Below are positions 1-12,016 of a stretch of 64,000 nucleotides of DNA, in pieces. Every line of letters begins with the position of its first letter. Positions within the stretch are counted from its first letter, which is position 1. Below the pieces are notes generated by a model, which did no database searches, was not told where the DNA came from, and worked only from the letters and a program-made list of their open reading frames with translations. The translations under genes and the position numbers were made by a program. Source of the DNA: Marsupella aquatica (taxonomy: Eukaryota > Plantae > Marchantiophyta); contig OZ316893.1 of the NCBI GenBank assembly GCA_973895155.1, forward strand, positions 19,596,857 through 19,660,856, written 5' to 3'.

Positions 1-870
1 CGAAAGCCTTCCTCAAATGGCACACTGGGGCACAGGACAAAAAACTAACAGCCAACATGCGCACCACAAAGCTGGAAGCTGGATTTGAGGTGAGGTGAGG
101 GGGGCATGCAAATGGGACACTTTCCGTTACCGGACCAAGAGAGACATCGCACAACAAATTGGATCCTCGAAAGGTACTTTCTACTTCCCTGCATGGATAC
201 ATGGACACTAAAGAACTGTCTCCAACTGTGATCGACAGGGATTCATGGCGACTCAACAATCAAGCAGCTAAACTGAGATGGATACCTAGTCATGACTGTT
301 ACTGGATAGACGAACTCCCTGAAAGACTACTGGGACTTTCTCTCCGTGGGCCAGAGCTCCCTTGATAATGCTGTAGATACTGTCCACCAAGTATCCGCAG
401 TCCAACGTTAAGCAGTTCAAAGAGAACTATAAATAGCCAACAGAATGCTCCTGAGAGCCTACGTGGAAGGAGATTAGTTCTTGAAAGCCGTGCGGTTTGC
501 ATTGAATCACCTCGAAGTCCTCTTGCATTATCTCAGAGAAGAAATGATTAACAATAACATGGTGTGCCTCTCATGGAGGCGGTGGGGAGCCTTCAATTAA
601 GTTTCAGTGGGCATGAGATCAAACCTGGTAGTCGAGCATAAAACGAAATTCCCAGAATTTCTTTCTGCTTGTTTCTCGCATTTATGCTCTCGTACTTGTG
701 ACCCCATTCTAGAGTACAAACGACGTCCCCACTTTCAGGAGCATCGACTAATAGTTGAACCTAGAATTGTTTTCATGCAAAACTCATTTAGACACACGGG
801 GAAGCCCGGTCATTCTTTCCAAAAGAAGAATTCTATTCACAATTACTTTGTTCAAATAAAGCATCACAAA

Positions 871-1896
871 TCACTTGCCACCCCTCATCTTGTTGAGCTG
901 GTTTAAAGCGGGTTGGAGGATGTTGAAAAGAACCCATCCAACGGCTGGGAGAAGGACGACAAGAAGAACTAACGCTCGGGAATCGCTGTCAGCCAGCTGG
1001 GCGATCTCCTGAGCAGCATCTGCCTCATTAGCAACAAGGAGAGAAGCGGCTCCACCGAGCCCAATTGCTCCAACCAGACCTTTCACACCCCTCATCTTGT
1101 TCAACTGGTTCAAAGCGGGTTGGAGAATGTTGAAAAGAACCCATCCAACGGCTGGAAGAAGGACGACAAGAAGGACCAATCCTCGGGCATCATTGTCAGC
1201 CAGTTGGGTGATCTCCTGTGCGGCATCTGCCTGATTGGCCACAAGAAGAGAGGCGGCTCCACCGAGTCCAATTGCTCCAACCAAACCTTTCGTGTTCGTC
1301 ATCTTGTTCAACTGGTTCAAAGCCGGCTGCAGAATGTTGTACAGGACCCAGCCGATGGCAGGAACAAGGATTCCTAGAAGGACAAGACCCCTGCTGTCAT
1401 TGTCTGCAACCTGAGCGATCTCCTGAACAGCTGCCTCAGCCTGAGATGAGAAGGCAACAGATCCCACAGCTCCGAGCCCGAGTCCAGCGATCAATCCCTT
1501 CGTGGCCTTCATCTTGTTGAACTGGTTTAATCCAGGCTGCAGAATGTTGAACAGGACCCATCCAAGGGCTGGGACCAAAGGAATCAGTAGTGCCAGAGCA
1601 CGGCTGTCGTCATTTGCAGCAAGTGCCATCACCTGCTGGGTAGCCATGGCCGAGTCAGAGGTTGCCATTGCAGCAAACAAAGCACCTGCGATTGCGCTCG
1701 CTCCTTGAGTCAGTTCATCTGTAACTGGAGATGTCTCCAGCTTGTTCAATGCAGAAACGGTCAGCTGCTTCTTCAGCGAAGTCCTGGGCGTGCTCACACG
1801 CAGACGCTGAAGATCCTGGCCCCATACCCGACTGTTCTTTTGCACAGTCGCTACAACACTCAAACTGCTTCCAGCTAGTGCTGTCGCCATTGCCAT
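871..1896 (-). CDS. psbY: Photosystem II PsbY polyprotein precursor with four PsbY units
   Basis: Single-exon ORF. First ATGs are at 1896/1890 (the 1941 start in the track is TTG). A Ser/Ala/Arg-rich transit peptide is followed by four copies of D-x-R...P(A)xGWVL(F/Y)NILQP(A/G)LNQxNKM. Each copy is preceded by a hydrophobic thylakoid signal ending in AxA (AMA, AEA, ADA, ADA). Repeat period is 207/207/210 bp. Confidence 0.95.
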   Translation of the reverse strand: MAMATALAGSSLSVVATVQKNSRVWGQDLQRLRVSTPRTSLKKQLTVSALNKLETSPVTDELTQGASAIAGALFAAMATSDSAMATQQVMALAANDDSRALALLIPLVPALGWVLFNILQPGLNQFNKMKATKGLIAGLGLGAVGSVAFSSQAEAAVQEIAQVADNDSRGLVLLGILVPAIGWVLYNILQPALNQLNKMTNTKGLVGAIGLGGAASLLVANQADAAQEITQLADNDARGLVLLVVLLPAVGWVLFNILQPALNQLNKMRGVKGLVGAIGLGGAASLLVANEADAAQEIAQLADSDSRALVLLVVLLPAVGWVLFNILQPALNQLNKMRGGK

Positions 1897-1918
1897 TCGT
1901 AGCTTCGAAGCTGAAACC

Positions 1919-3008
1919 CTGCTTGAGCACGCGAAATCCAAGGTTACTACATCAATTCTCAGTAGAATCTAACACAGATTGTGGCCTTCCTCACATTCTC
2001 CCATAGGCCCAAAATATCCAATGAAACTTCTATGAATGACTCCAGTCCTCATGACCACTTCAGGTGAAGCGAGAGCCTTCCTTCGTGAACTAACCAAAAT
2101 CTCCACCCTGAGATACTAGTGTGAGCGCCAGGATGCCAGATAACCTGCTTTGATAACTGAGTTGGCACTCAGATGATCCACCAAGCACGAACTGGGGTTC
2201 ATAATCCACGAATAGCAAAGCTAATCCGGGCTATGTGACTGGAACGGGGGACTCCCTATTGACTATCGGTGAAACTAGAACGGATCGGCTGACATCATCT
2301 TCTGCTGCATATCTCATATCCAGCCATAGCCATGGCCCAGTTCTAGACAAGACTAGATATAGTTCCACTTTTTACAAAAAGCACTCACTGCGCCATCAAT
2401 CAGCTACCACAACAAGGATCACATGGAATCTATACGAAATGCAATACAAACCAATGACGGACTCATGAGCACCGCCCGGACGGCCGGCCAGACATGCAAA
2501 AGCATCCGCCCAGAACACAGACACATCCTTCAACGACAAAACCAAGGATACTTCGACTCATCGAATTAACATTAATGAAATGTTTTCATTTCGCACCCTG
2601 GCCATTCTCTTATTCGATTTCCCAAACTCAGCATGAATGCACCCTTCGGGCAAAGCGGACCGGAAGACTCTTATTACACCCATTCTCAGCTCACACTACA
2701 GAATCGAGGAAGGGAAAGTCCTTCTGCACTTGATTCTGCCGCATCCCACTCCCTTCCTCTCGTCACCGCGGTCTCAAATAACAGACCCATTCACCTCAGT
2801 GACAATCTCTCCATCTCTCTGGAGGCTCACCCTCGAAACCAGTCATTCAGTTCATTCATTTTCTTCATCACCAATCCCTACAAATTCAGCAGCTACTCTC
2901 CTTTCTCTGTGCAAGCAATGCGCGACGAAATTCCTAATGTGCATCGACTGACATCGGCATTGGGAGAAACCGAAAACAGATCAGCAGCAGCAGGGGAGAG
3001 AATTTCAC
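1919..3008 (-). other. Probable 5'UTR intron of psbY
   Basis: On the minus strand, donor CAG|GTGAAA at 3008 and acceptor AAGCAG|GG at 1919, just upstream of the ATG. A CT-rich leader lies at about 3010-3270. Inferred without transcript data. Confidence 0.5.
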
Positions 3009-3420
3009 CTGGTCAAAGAAAGAGACGACGTCGAGACGAGCCGAGACGAGCCGAGCCAAATTCAGTTCCCGACTAGTACAACCCAAGGTCTTTTCCGATT
3101 GCGAGCTGGGGGGTCCTGGAATGGCAAGAGTGCGCGAGGAATAGGCAGGAGGAAGGTTGTGGCGAGCACGAGGATTGTGGTGGGCAGGGAGAGGAGAATT
3201 TTTTTGCTTGCGAGGATGTGAGGATGGAATGGACGAACGGATGAAGCAAGAGAGAAGCAGAGAGGGTGAGGTCGGGGGGTGTGGGGTCGGCTCGGGTCAG
3301 GTTCGGGATGGTGGCTTTGGTGGTTGGCTGGTTGGGAGCTGGGTGGGGAACACCACCGGTCCACCGGACCACGGCTATGGTAAGGGGGGTACAAAAGGTA
3401 GAAGGGCGGGATGAGAGGGC

Positions 3421-3446
3421 GGATAAGGCGCGGTCGGGTGGCCAAT
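3421..3446 (-). promoter_or_regulatory. Light-responsive promoter motifs of psbY (I-box GATAAG, SORLIP1 GCCAC, CCAAT)
   Basis: GGATAAG at 3421-3427, GTGGC (GCCAC on minus) at 3438-3442 and CCAAT at 3442-3446 cluster just upstream of the CT-rich leader of a photosynthesis gene. Confidence 0.4.
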
Positions 3447-3929
3447 GGCTGCCCTGGAAAGGTTGGGCCTTCGGCTGCCATTCCTTCTTCTTCGCATGTC
3501 CTAGGATCATCCCATTGAGTCCATCCCATCCCATCCCTCCCCCTCCCCCTCCCCCTCCCCATGGGTCCCATCCCTCCGTTGCTTTTCACTTTTCTGATTT
3601 GTCTCTTGAAGGACTCTGTTAGCAATTTTGGGGTTGCAATGTACCTGGCCTTGCTGCCCATGTACCTGGCCATGCTCACACCCAACTCGCATGTGGAGGG
3701 TACTAACAAATGTGGCCCTCAACTTGAGTCATGTGAGTATGTGTTTGAGCGGGACTTTTCTGGCATAAGCCCCTCATGCACAAGGCTTAGTCTTGGTGAA
3801 ATTTGCTAGGTTTTACCTCTCCAAAAAGTTTTAGTTCCTCTGGGCTAAATTTTGATATTCCAAGCTAGCCACAGGTACAATTAGTGAGGATCTAATGGTC
3901 ATGGTCTGACTGTGGGGAGATTTGACTCT

Positions 3930-4085
3930 GAGAGTGTGGACTATAATCAGATAAGGAATATCCCTAGCATTTTCTCCTTCACACAAGGTGACATTTGCAA
4001 TGGTTGTCACAGACTGTGAAGTATAATCATATAAGGAATAGTCCTAGCATCTTCTCCTTTACACAAGGTGACATTTGCAATAGTG
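3930..4085. repeat. Two-copy imperfect tandem repeat (~81 bp)
   Basis: tataatcaNataaggaata..cctagcat.ttctcctt.acacaaggtgacatttgcaat occurs twice. Confidence 0.75.
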
Positions 4086-5339
4086 GCAAAAAAAGGAAAA
4101 CCTTAAAGATGATGCTCCTGTTGACTATCTAGGGGATTTCTTTAATGGCCTTGCTTTGGAGGTCTTTGGTACTGTATGTCCTATCGTTGACAGTCTGAAT
4201 TTGGACAATATGTTAATATACTCTTTGTATGAAATTCAAAATCTACATACATATGATCATGAATGAATTGGTTTTTGAAAAGAAAACTGGATGGATGACA
4301 AATTTTGACCATGTAACTCAAATGGATCTACCAGGTTCTGAGACCCAAAAGTGCCAAACTAGGATAGTATCTCAAAATGCTCTTTGTACGTAAACTCACT
4401 GTTGAAACTCTGGATACATTAAAAAAGTATTGAAAAAGAAACCTGGATGGATAGCAATGTTTGACTCAAATGGTGAACAGAAGGGTTTAATCCCCAAAGT
4501 GTGACCATTTACACTACACTTCTCAAGGTCGATGCAATTTTTGCAGGGCCATAGGCTCTACTGACCAGAAAGAAAAGATCTCATAGGTACAAAGGTTCGA
4601 CATAATCGTAGGATAGATTCACAGAATTCCTAGGGATAAACCATTATAATATTCTATGATGTGGTCATTACAGTTGTTCCAGATGTGGTCACTAGTCTAA
4701 AATCTGGTTTGCTCAAAATTTCAATAATAATACAATTGGCGCCCAGTGCTAAAATTTAACCTCCCAAATACAGTGTGCTAAACAATCTGCAGGCACTTTC
4801 AGGCAAGTGGGGAGGAAACTAAATCTAAGACACAAGATCCTACAAAACTGCCTTGGTTGAAATGCCCCCGGAAGATGGGGCTATCTGCTCAAATAGGTTG
4901 CAAACACATGTTTTGGCTAGGTCAAACAAAGGGCTATCTCTTAGAATAGGCCACGAACACATGTTTTGGCTAGGTACAAGTGAAAGCAAAATGCAAGAAA
5001 AAGTGAATCCCAGATGGACCACCATGTTGGACAGAGTGCTCCCGTGGAACACATTTTGATTGTCCATAGGAGTTTGGGGATTATAACTTAATGATTACTA
5101 GTCTTAAAATAATTTTTAGTTTTTCACCTGCAAGGCAACTAGAGAAGGAGGAGACACAAAAACACACAAGCCCTAATATTTCATAGTAACAAAATACAAA
5201 TTAATCTAATAGAATTTACCCCATAGCATTCCATGATGAATAACTCAACCAAAATGGCCAAAAATTCACTGTCACTTTGAAAGAAATATTTGAATTTATA
5301 AACACCAAGTTATTACAAAACAAAGCCCGGATGGATTGA

Positions 5340-5387
5340 GACATTGTCCCTGCCCATCCCCATGACATTGTCCCTGCCCATCCCCAT
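5340..5387. repeat. Perfect 24-bp tandem duplication
   Basis: gacattgtccctgcccatccccat x2. Confidence 0.8.
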
Positions 5388-6122
5388 GGTTTAAAAGTGA
5401 CAATTGCTTTAAACCGAAAAAAATGAATCCGTCACGGATTCCAGCTGACGATTGACTACCTTGGGGAGAAAGCAGTCAAGATATCATAGTGATTCTGAAT
5501 AATGGTCTTGATGTCTTTTAGGTTCAAGGTAATCAAGTTACCAAGGAAGCCAGTTCAAAAATGTAATTGAAATTGGCTGACTATAAGGAGACCGTTTACA
5601 AATCACATTTCAATCAAAAGTGCAAAGAGTGTATCTCAGTCAAAATGCTCTTTGTTTGGAGACAAATTACAATAGGCACCCGTGAATGTCCAGAAGCGTG
5701 TAATACTACTGTAACTTTTCGCCATACAGAATCGCTAATCAAATTATGGCATGGTTGGAATTTTGTCCATGAGAGTCTCCAGAAGTAACCTTTGTGTGTC
5801 TTGGGGCTTTACTATTTTCCACAAGAAAATTGTCTCGTTGAAGAACAACGAAGAGAGCTGCCACTGAGCTCTCACATCCATGGCGGAAGCTTAACAACGA
5901 AGAAATCACGACGAAAGTAGAGAAGAGGGCGCTCACTCAGCTCTTATATCCATGGCGGAAAAAGCTTAACCACGAAGAACACGAAGAAATTACATACACT
6001 CACAGCAACGGAACGCGAAATGTCGGACCCTAGAATGTTCCTTGGAACTCAAAATTAGCCTTAGGGTTTCATGAGGTGACGAACGTGAGAGAGAAGGCAG
6101 TGGACGAAGAAGAGATTGGCGA

Positions 6123-8963
6123 ATGAAATTGCCCTGCTTTCTCAATTGCGCGATGTTCTTGTCGTCAATTCATCGGAATGATATTGTCGACGTTGCGATG
6201 AGGTCTGTCTCTATGGATGACATTGCTCAAAGTGTGGCCCATCTGACCGACCACATTCTCTCCACTCGTTCCCTCCCCAAGACATCCGGACCGGACCTCG
6301 TCACAGTACAATGTTGCACATCTGGGGGTGCCGGAACTTCGTCTTCGTTTTCTCCTTCTGATGTCTATGAAGGAACTCTAGGATTCACTAATCACACCAA
6401 ATTCCTTCAAAATCTCTGTGGTGGACCGAAAAGCTGGAGATTAGGGAGGCAGTCGTCTCTTCCGTGGTTACAAGCACGAGTTCGGTCTCCTGCAGCAGAA
6501 TCGAAGGAGGAAAAGTCGAGTAAAGTAAGGAACGACCGAAATTTACCAGATATACAGGATGGGTTGAAAATTGAGGCGGTGGGGACAAAGATTGAATCGT
6601 TGGCAAGTGAGCAGAATCGTGTGCAATTCGAAGGATTCCCCTCCGTTGAGAGCGCCAGCAGCTACGGCAATCCGAGTGAGTCCCTGTTGGAGTCTGTTTT
6701 GAGCAATGAGGTGAGACTCACCCCTTTTCGTTCCACCTCGCTTGTGTTTTCTTGCTCTTCCCTACTGAATAACTGTCTCTTGAATTTTCATTGGCACTCT
6801 CTGTTTTGTAGCAGGTGAATTCTGGATCTGCGGTCTCAAAAGAAGATCTTGGACGAGCAACTTGGACATTTCTCCACACACTAGCTGCCCAGGTATTCGT
6901 TCCCATAGTCTTATCTAGGCAATGGTATACTGTTGGGACGTATTCATCAACAGTTTTATGCTTCTTTGAGTATTCCGCCGTTCTTGTTTTCACGTTTTCT
7001 CATCTTTTCCCTTCCTCTAGGTTCTGGTCGCGAGTGAGATTTATTTTGTTTGTCTGCGCTCAGCAATTGCCTCTATGTAACCAAGGAATTTCTTAGTCGA
7101 TTGTTTACAAGTTCTAAATAAGAGGGGAGTAGAGAGTTCGACTCGACCGGTCATTTATCCCCACCTGATGGTTGGCTTTCTGTGTGGGCTCATTGTAGTT
7201 CCCTGAACACCCTACGAAGCAACAACAACGGGACGCTAAAGATTTGGTAACAATCTTAAGAAACTTAGGAGCTTGAGCTACCTGTTTGCCCTTGAAAGCT
7301 TTCCACAGCAGTGTTGGCTCCTGAATTCGCGCAATCATTCACGTAGAACTGAAGCAGTACTGTTCAAGGTTGTGCAAAACAGACCAACCCAAGCCTCTGA
7401 ATTTGTTTTCCGTGTTGGTGCAGATGGGAATTTTATCAAGAATCTACCCTTGCAAGGAATGCGCAGATCATTTCAAGGACGTTCTCAAGTAAGCGTCCGC
7501 GCCCCCTTGTTCGTCTGTCCTGTCACCTTTCGAATGCGAGACGTTTTTTCATCTGCTCAGTCGTGAGATTAGTGTTTGAGTGGAGCAGGACTTCTCCACC
7601 AGCAACGTCTTCGTATGCCTTATGAGCACTATGCTGAATGCTTGTCGTCGGCTCTTGGTGTGTTTGGGCAGATGTCTGGCTAAACCCTAAACCCTAAACC
7701 TACAATGTGTCATTATCAAACACTTTACTGTATGCACTTTAGGGTGAGCAGACGGAACATTCAACACACACAATCTAGCAGAATTGTGTCTGGGACATTG
7801 CTCGCTGTCCCATTTTGTAGTCCTTCGAGTTGCCCAACGAAGGATTGGCGGACTCTGAAATGAATTCTTTCAATTCTATTCAACTCTCACGAACCCATCT
7901 CATACTCTGGTGATCTTTGCCAAAGCCCGTGTCTGCTGTGGGCATCAGAGAAAATCTATATATTCCTCTGGCTCTCCATGGTTGAAATTTCTAACAACGG
8001 CGGGCTTATTGAATTCGTTGCCCTCAGTCGGATAGTATCCACCTATAAATTTGTTTGGTACTGGCACCCAGCAACCTAAAGATCCCTCCAGGCTGTTTGC
8101 AGTGCTCAGCCCAAGATAGAATGAGTAGATTGTGATGCCTCTCCACGGGTCTCCTCCCGTATAGCATATTTTCAACTCAACTGGGAGAATGTACGGTTGA
8201 ACTTGACCGTCAAGGATAGCAATTGTTCATTACAAGTGGTTATTGCTTACAGGGAGAAGATCAATTCTTCTCTTTTTAATACTCGGTGGCAAATGTGCCT
8301 CACGTTTAGAAAAGAGACAGATCCCTTCGATTACTGTTATACGGAACAGAAACAAATTTAATCGCCAACGAGTATATAATATGGTACTTTTCATTTTAAC
8401 AAGACTTTGCAGTTGATACCACCTTTCCGATATGCACGTCCTACCACACTATCTTTGATGGCAACATTTTTTAATTGAATCCTGCGTCAGCAACGTTCAG
8501 AAGTGTTTTTGACATTCGTTTAGGAATCCCTGTGCAAGGGACTGAAAGTGTTCCCAGCGAGGAGTGACTGAAAGTGTGCATAAGTGCTTACTCAAATTGC
8601 TGTTGGGCTGCTTCTTTACAGAGCACATCCCGTGGAAGCCAAATCAGGGGAGCAGCTAGCTCAATGGATGTGTCGTGTGCACAATGTGGTCAACAGAAGG
8701 TATACGCTGTGGACAGTGAATATATTTTCCTGAACTTTCAGTAGTATCTTGGTGAAATAATAAAGTTGGGATACTTGCGAGTCTTCACTGCTAATGGATA
8801 GGGATCTGAAAGTTAAAAGGAGTATCCTTGTGATGAAGTGTTTTTCTTTGCGTGTCGCAGTTTGGGTAAAACACAATTTCCTTGCCACCGCGTGGATTTT
8901 AGATGGGGTGAACTCGATTGCAATGGAGGCGCTTGTGATCTGCATGGAAGATTGTACAGGTAA
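6123..8963 (+). CDS. ERV1: FAD-linked sulfhydryl oxidase ERV1 (Erv1/ALR family, mitochondrial intermembrane-space disulfide relay)
   Basis: Exons 6123(or 6198/6213)-6710, 6815-6892, 7199-7246, 7424-7488, 8622-8699, 8861-8963, all GT-AG with consistent phases. They give KEDLGRATWTFLHTLAAQFPEHPTKQQQRDAKDLMGILSRIYPCKECADHFKDVLK...WMCRVHNVVNRSLGKTQFPC...WGELDCNGGACDLHG. This includes the redox CxxC (CKEC) and the plant-type C-terminal CX4C (CNGGAC). Start codon uncertain. Confidence 0.93.
7681..7700 (+). repeat. Short interstitial plant telomere repeat/telo-box (TAAACCC)x~3 in ERV1 intron 4
   Basis: taaaccctaaaccctaaacc. Confidence 0.6.
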
Positions 8964-9601
8964 GTAGCCTTCCATGCGTAGCCCAGGCAGCAGAGATGTC
9001 ATCCTCCAGGCAAAGCCAGTGGTGACAATCGAGTAGAACTATCACGGCAGTTGTAAAGCTACCATGAGCTATGGTTAGGATGTAGAGGGAGGCGGGACTT
9101 GCAAAACTGGATCATTATAGGGGTAATGATCGCATAATTTCAAACGACTGCCTTACACGTTCCCAAGGAACTTATTGTAGATCTATTGTTTTGGAATTTA
9201 ATTATACTCACCCTTTGAGGAATAGTTCTGGGCTTATAACCGAAATTGCCTACGGCTAGGTCTGTACTGGATAATGAGTTTGTGAACTAAATGTCCAGAT
9301 TACTTGCAATGCTAGCTCGGTAGTAGAATTTGGCTCTTCTTCAACCAAACTGCTAGAGGGTCGATATGTTTCTGGCATTTCCTTTAAACTCAACGATGTG
9401 ACACACATGAAACCTACATGGGGGACTCTGGGTCGTTATTATATATGTATGTACATGAGACTAGTGTCAATGTTTTGTAATATAGGCCGGACACAGATGG
9501 CCAAGGTTTCTTGGACCACCAGAGACTAGTAATACCGAAGTAAGGAAATGGGAGTTCCTAAAAGATTATCAAGGAGATATCTCTTAGTCATATCAGTAGT
9601 C

Positions 9602-11572
9602 TCAGTGAGGTTTGTCGCCAGTAACAGTGGCGCGGTACATAATTCTGGTGTGAGGCATGTAATCGGCTGTGGCATAGTGCTGTGTCACTCGGTTGTCCCA
9701 AAACGCAACATCATCTTTTTGCCACTTCCAGCGCAAGAAGTACTTCGGTTTTGTCGTGTGCTCGTAAAGGAAATCGAGCAACGCATCACTCTCCGAGGGC
9801 TTCATTCCAACAATGCGAATTGTAAATCCCTTGTTCACAAATAGTGCCTGCGCGGAAACAATTCCACTAAAACTCAGTATCCTGTCCAGAATGTCAACCC
9901 ACATTAGCATCGGCCAGATTCCAAGGCAGCAAGTGCAAGAGAGCCATATGGAAAAACCTAGCTAACACTAGCCCTATTCTCTCACGCGCACAGGGAGATC
10001 CAGGACTGCAGGAGAGAAGTCAGTCCAAGCGCTCCCGACAGACAGTTCACTGTTCCGAAAATACCAAATTCAGTGACCCTGAAGGAGAGTCCTCGGAAGA
10101 AGACTTGAGCATATGGTGAGTTGAAGAGATGAAAGACGGAGTCGAGGTGGTGGTTACCTTCCGACAGCTCTCAGGATGGGTCCTGACAACGGGATGGACA
10201 ACAGGAGGATTCTCACGAACAGCCTCCTCCCATCTCTTGTTGGCGTCCCAACTGGCTTGCTCGTGGAACCTCGGAGCAGGGAAAGCCTTCGTAATGGAGT
10301 GTTCAGCACTCAGCCCGAGCAGTAACGTTTGCATAGGCTCAGAGAGAGCCTCATACGCTGCAATTCCGCTTGCCCACAACGTATCTCCTCCTAATGGAGG
10401 GAGGACTTTTGCTGACAGTATTGAGCCTAAGGGAGGGTTGTCCACAAATGTAACGTCAGTGTGCCAATTGTGGTCCGCTTGGTCAGGAGAATTCTCCGCA
10501 TCAAATTTTAGTACCATGATTTCTGGCAGCTCCGGGCCCAAGTTGGGATAAATCGGGTGGACATATAGGTCGCCAAAATTCCTGGCAAATTCGCGCTGCT
10601 GGTGAGGCGTCACTGGCTGGTTCCGGAAGAACAGTACCTAGGAAAGATATTACAGTAGAAGATTCAAGTTAGACAATTTCATCAGGTAAGGGATAGCCCT
10701 GAAATCGTTCCCGAAGATGAATTACACCGGATGCTTTACACCATTTGCGCGAGAAATCAGTCAACATTGTAGTTGGGGTCTAAATGACACAGAGATAATG
10801 GGTAGTTAATGGAGAAAACTAATTAGACAAGTAAGCTCCACAGAATAAGGCCGGCGACCTTCTTCATCGGCCACAGCAGAGGCAAGAATCTACTTGACCA
10901 TCCGCAAATGCTGGCATCCATCAGTAACAAAGGCAACATAATTATCTACTCCGTCTTTTTGACCAGCTAACTACACAGCTCAATCCGTGATGGGTTGACG
11001 GTATTCGGCTTGTACATTGAGCTTCTACATTGAGCTTCTACATTGATGCCATGCTAGAGTACGACATAATTCACACCCTGGTATATATTTCAACCTCTCG
11101 AATAGACCCATTCGGAGAGAGGAGGAAGACATGGCTCGGGGGCCCAACGAAAAGAGGTCAGCTAAGGTCCCTAAGTTGCAAGAGACTTCAGCGGTGCTTA
11201 GGTGTGGACAATTGCGGAAATCGGGGATAAGCATAGAGGAAATCAGGGAAAACGGACAAATCCAATATCTGATGAATGTAGAAAATTGAGAAAATTGCAA
11301 CAGAGGAAGAGCGAGCGAAGAAAGTGAAAGTGCACCTGAAACTTCAGCAATGCTGTTCTGATCTGCTCGCGATTCCGCGGCGACAAGGTCTCGGAGAGAG
11401 TCAAGCCTTCAACTGTGGCTCCGATGGCGGGGGTGAGAGGCTTGATTTTGAGCGAAGATGCCGTCCACAAGCCAGGGGCGGAAGGTTTGCACGACAACGC
11501 CACTCCTTCTCCTCCCGCCCCTGGAAATCGAGCCAGTTGCTTCGGACTGCTACTTGGACTCCCTGTCGGCAT
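9602..11572 (-). CDS. tauD: Alpha-ketoglutarate-dependent taurine dioxygenase (TauD/TfdA family), bacterial-type, 3 exons
   Basis: Exons 11572-11336, 10637-10158 and 9847-9602 with two phase-0 GT-AG introns, about 320 aa. Motifs include IKPLTPAIGATVEG, FQ|VLFFRNQ, FGDLYVHPIYP, NWHTDVTF (HxD iron ligands), GGDTLWASGIAAYEALS, HPVVRTHP, ALFVNKGFT, WDNRVTQHYA (third His ligand) and RIMYRATVTGDKP. All are colinear with E. coli TauD as I recall it. Confidence 0.93.
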
Positions 11573-11887
11573 CGAAAATTGCAACTCCGGGAGACTGAAA
11601 TCTCCGCTCTTCAGTTTCAGCAGGACAGCAACGATGAGAAGGGGGATGATGACTACGATGCCAGCTCCGTCCAGTTGATCCCAATGAATTGAATAAATTA
11701 GACGTGCATCCCAGCTTCCACTCGTGCATCCAGGAATGCAGGACCGAGCTCAGCTAAGCTTTGGGAACAGTGCCGGTAGAAGATAGCTAGCTGTGCGTAG
11801 ACAGAGAAGAATTATTCCTAGGACGACTGTGTCTGAACTGCATTCCTGATTTGGGGGTTTGGGATCATGATGACCGTGTCTGCCCAC

Positions 11888-11993
11888 ATCAAAAATTTGC
11901 AATGGGGTTGAAGAAGAACTCGAAAACCTTGAGGAAAACGATCAAAAATTTGCAATGGGGTTGAAGAAGAACTCGAAAACCTTGAGGAAAACG
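11888..11993. repeat. Perfect 53-bp tandem duplication upstream of tauD
   Basis: atcaaaaatttgcaatggggttgaagaagaactcgaaaaccttgaggaaaacg starts at 11888 and again at 11941. Confidence 0.85.
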
Positions 11994-12016
11994 GGAATGA
12001 TGTGAAGAGTAAAGCA

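Noticed and set aside
1-560. Possible LINE 3' fragment at the window start
   Set aside because: Only a faint W-x-x-x-N resemblance; not supportable.
3062-3709. 215-aa and 153-aa minus-strand ORFs upstream of psbY
   Set aside because: Low-complexity translations of the GC-rich promoter and 5'UTR with no domain signature.
9620-9650. TauD has RIMYRAT where E. coli has RIMHRAT, which looked like loss of an iron ligand
   Set aside because: Counting from the E. coli C-terminus, the third ligand His255 is the His of TQHY, which is conserved here. The substituted His is not part of the facial triad.
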